A DNA stretch of 32,000 nt, taken from the sequence record NC_002371.2; one strand, given 5' to 3'. Below the pieces are notes generated by a model that saw only the letters and a program-made list of their open reading frames with translations, ran no database searches and was not told where the DNA came from. Below are positions 29,920 to 32,000 of this stretch, one piece after another. The position numbers and the translations under genes were made by a program. Positions within the stretch are counted from its first letter, which is position 1, and every line of letters begins with the position of its first letter. This DNA is from Salmonella phage P22.

Positions 29920-30456
29920 ATGAATGAATTAATTGCGAATCATGACTTCGACTTTCGCCAGTTAGTTACCGCAGCAGAAGGTCAACCGGTAACTGACACC
30001 TTCCAGATTGCTAAGGCATTTGGTAAGCGTCACGCGGACGTATTGAGGGCGCTGAAAAATTGTCATTGCTCTGAAGATTTCCGGAGAGCGCATTTTTGCG
30101 TTTCCGAAAAAATCAATAACTTAGGGATTTTCGATAAGAAGCAGATTTACTACCGCATGGACTTTAGCGGATTCGTTATGCTGGTCATGGGATTTAATGG
30201 CGCAAAAGCCGACGCCGTTAAAGAGGCCTATATAAATGCCTTTAACTGGATGTCAGCAGAACTCCGTAAGTACAGCGAAAGTTATGAAGCAGAACGCAAC
30301 GCCATAATGCTGGAGTATATGAAAGAGAAGGATGTCGCCAGCATGTCTGGCCGCCTGCTCAATCGCTGGGGAAAAATTAAGAAGCCTCAGCTACTGGCGA
30401 GAATTGGACGCCTTGAACAGCACGGGCAAACCGTAATCCCCGGGCTCACTAATTAA
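29920..30456 (+). CDS. rha: Rha family phage regulatory protein
   Basis: MNELIANHDFDFRQLVTAAEGQPVTDTFQIAKAFGKRHADVLRALKN...; N-terminal Rha domain. Confidence 0.88.
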   Translation: MNELIANHDFDFRQLVTAAEGQPVTDTFQIAKAFGKRHADVLRALKNCHCSEDFRRAHFCVSEKINNLGIFDKKQIYYRMDFSGFVMLVMGFNGAKADAVKEAYINAFNWMSAELRKYSESYEAERNAIMLEYMKEKDVASMSGRLLNRWGKIKKPQLLARIGRLEQHGQTVIPGLTN

Positions 30457-30679
30457 CGGCAGGACAGCGAAACAACCCAAGCCAGTAAGTGGGGGAAAAT
30501 AACACTGGCAGCCACTGAAAGATGAACCTCCAGCCGTATGGCAAAAAAGATTCTTTGTGGTGGCGGACTGATGGAAAGACATCGGTTATTGCAGAGGCCA
30601 TTTAATGAGTGGCCTCGATAATGGCTTATACCATCGACTGGATATTATTCGTTTTATCCCGTCTATGTGGGGGGGGGGA

Positions 30680-30705
30680 TAAAAAAGCCGCTTACTTAGC
30701 GGCTT
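30680..30705 (-). terminator. Intrinsic terminator for the minus-strand ORF 30722..30982
   Basis: Minus strand: AAGCCGCT-AAGTA-AGCGGCTT-TTTT. Confidence 0.75.
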
Positions 30706-30721
30706 GACGTTTGAAGAATGA

Positions 30722-30982
30722 TTATTGTTGCGTGCCCAGTAGGGCTGCAACCTTCTCATTCAGTTTGGCTATGTAACCATCTGAAACTTTATTATCAATC
30801 TCGCCGCTATCCGCCTGAGCAATGCTGTTGAGATACATATCACCTAGCTTAGCATCCTTACCCATTAAGCCATTTAAAGAGGTTGATAAAACCGCAATAG
30901 CAACACGAGATGCGTGTGCATCCAATTGCATCTTCTCGATAATATCTTCAAGGTGGGCAATTTTTTGCTCTATATCTGACAT
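30722..30982 (-). CDS. Hypothetical 86 aa coiled-coil protein, opposite to late transcription
   Basis: MSDIEQKIAHLEDIIEKMQLDAHASRVAIAVLSTSLNGLMGKDAKLGDMYLNSIAQADSGEIDNKVSDGYIAKLNEKVAALLGTQQ, with own terminator. Confidence 0.7.
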   Translation of the reverse strand: MSDIEQKIAHLEDIIEKMQLDAHASRVAIAVLSTSLNGLMGKDAKLGDMYLNSIAQADSGEIDNKVSDGYIAKLNEKVAALLGTQQ

Positions 30983-31019
30983 GTCCACTCCTTTGCATAA
31001 AGTTTCTTGTGGTTGAAAA

Positions 31020-31208
31020 GTGGCACTCACCGACAAGCAAGAAATGTTCTGTCATGAGTACCTCATCGATTTAAACGCCACGCAAGCGGCGATTTGGGCG
31101 GAGATATCTAAGATTGCTATCACACTGCCCAAGAAAAAATGTCAAAACCTTACGTCCAGCCAAGGATTATTGTTCTGTAAACTTAAAGCAATGATCTGGT
31201 TGGTATAA
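31020..31208 (+). pseudogene. Truncated N-terminal remnant resembling a phage terminase small subunit
   Basis: GTG-started ALTDKQEMFCHEYLIDLNATQAAIWA... then sequence diverges and stops; lies upstream of gene 3. Confidence 0.6.
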
Positions 31209-31289
31209 ATGTGACACATGTCATGAATCGACTAGTTGAGATAGTCCAGATGGGCGTGCTCGGCATCATCACCACAACCGGAGCCAACA

Positions 31290-31532
31290 ATGGCAGAGAT
31301 TATTCCCATGACTGAAGAACAGAAATTCCAGTTAGAGATTTACAAGCTGGTCATGAACCAGAACGCAGCCGCAGAGGAAGCATTTCAATTCATTGGCACT
31401 GACGAGCTGAAGCTTGAGCTATTCAAAATTCACTTCCAGTCAGGCGGAGCAAATTCGGATATCACGACCCGCACTATCGAAGCGGTGCGTAAATCGAGGG
31501 AAGCGTTAGACCTGTTCACTACCGGAGCATGA
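31290..31532 (+). CDS. Hypothetical 80 aa protein upstream of gene 3
   Basis: MAEIIPMTEEQKFQLEIYKLVMNQNAAAEEAFQFIGTDELKLELFKIHFQSGG... Confidence 0.8.
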   Translation: MAEIIPMTEEQKFQLEIYKLVMNQNAAAEEAFQFIGTDELKLELFKIHFQSGGANSDITTRTIEAVRKSREALDLFTTGA

Positions 31533-31533
31533 T

Positions 31534-31713
31534 GTGGTCCGCGTAATCAATTTGGGTAAGGAGAAGAAATTCCCAATTACTCAAGAACTATACGAGCGGC
31601 TGGAAAGCGTCATTCATGATTACGATGGTGAAATCAGTTTATGCGAGGCGATTGGCACACTCGAATTGCTAAAGCAGTCATTGATTGAGGGCGCGAAAGA
31701 GTCCTCAGCCTGA
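31534..31713 (+). CDS. Hypothetical 59 aa protein (GTG start)
   Basis: Read by eye: VVRVINLGKEKKFPITQELYERLESVIHDYDGEISLCEAIGTLELLKQSLIEGAKESSA. Confidence 0.65.
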   Translation: MVRVINLGKEKKFPITQELYERLESVIHDYDGEISLCEAIGTLELLKQSLIEGAKESSA

Positions 31714-31736
31714 AATAACAACTAAGTGAGATGAAT

Positions 31737-32000
31737 ATGGCGGCACCAAAGGGCAACCGATTTTGGGAGGCCCGCAGTAGTCATGGGCGAAATCCTAAAT
31801 TCGAATCGCCTGAGGCGCTGTGGGCTGCTTGTTGTGAATACTTCGAGTGGGTGGAAGCTAACCCGCTATGGGAGATGAAGGCGTTCTCGTATCAGGGTGA
31901 AGTGATACAAGAGCCTATCGCCAAGATGCGAGCGATGACCATTACTGGCCTCACTCTGTTCATTGATGTGACGCTTGAAACATGGCGCACATATCGCCTG
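31737..32000 (+). CDS. 3: Terminase small subunit gp3, truncated by window end
   Basis: [88 protein letters not shown]..., open to window end; 3' end (and pac site) outside window. Confidence 0.93.
   Translation, partial: MAAPKGNRFWEARSSHGRNPKFESPEALWAACCEYFEWVEANPLWEMKAFSYQGEVIQEPIAKMRAMTITGLTLFIDVTLETWRTYRL

Noticed and set aside
29727-29927. 66 aa GTG-start ORF across the Rz-rha gap
   Set aside because: It reads through a terminator hairpin and structured GC-rich tract with an Arg-rich low-complexity tail; more likely non-coding leader.
1-32000. CRISPR arrays, transposons, retrons or novel defence islands
   Set aside because: No regularly spaced repeat array, transposase, terminal inverted repeats, reverse transcriptase or other defence hallmark found on reading; known exclusion functions are SieA, SieB, gp17 and Ral.

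Overview
The window matches a P22-type temperate lambdoid phage genome. The proteins for Mnt, Arc, Ant, C2, Cro, C1, Erf, gp24, Int and tailspike match my recollection of Salmonella phage P22, but I ran no alignment. Layout, left to right: end of gene 7 and ejection genes 20 and 16; the immI region (sieA, two small unknown ORFs, mnt, arc, sar, ant); tailspike gene 9; the gtrCBA serotype-conversion operon with a Dam/OxyR-like control region; a 46-bp attP core; int and xis; the leftward PL operon (ea genes, abc2, abc1, erf, arf, kil, c3, 17, ral, 24) with sieB on the opposite strand; immC (c2, OL/OR, nutL/nutR, cro, c1); replication genes 18 and 12; the nin region; gene 23; lysis genes 13, 19, 15 and Rz1; rha; and the start of gene 3 at the right edge. 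Because gtrA, attP and int are contiguous, this is the non-integrated (virion or circular) arrangement. I found no clearly undescribed system. The items most worth a second look are: an HEXXH-motif protein and a YjzC-like peptide beside sieA/mnt; a structured leader upstream of rha; a small-terminase-like N-terminal remnant upstream of gene 3; an iteron array inside gene 18; a repeat pair between ant and gene 9; and several very small or duplicated ORFs in the ea/PL region.
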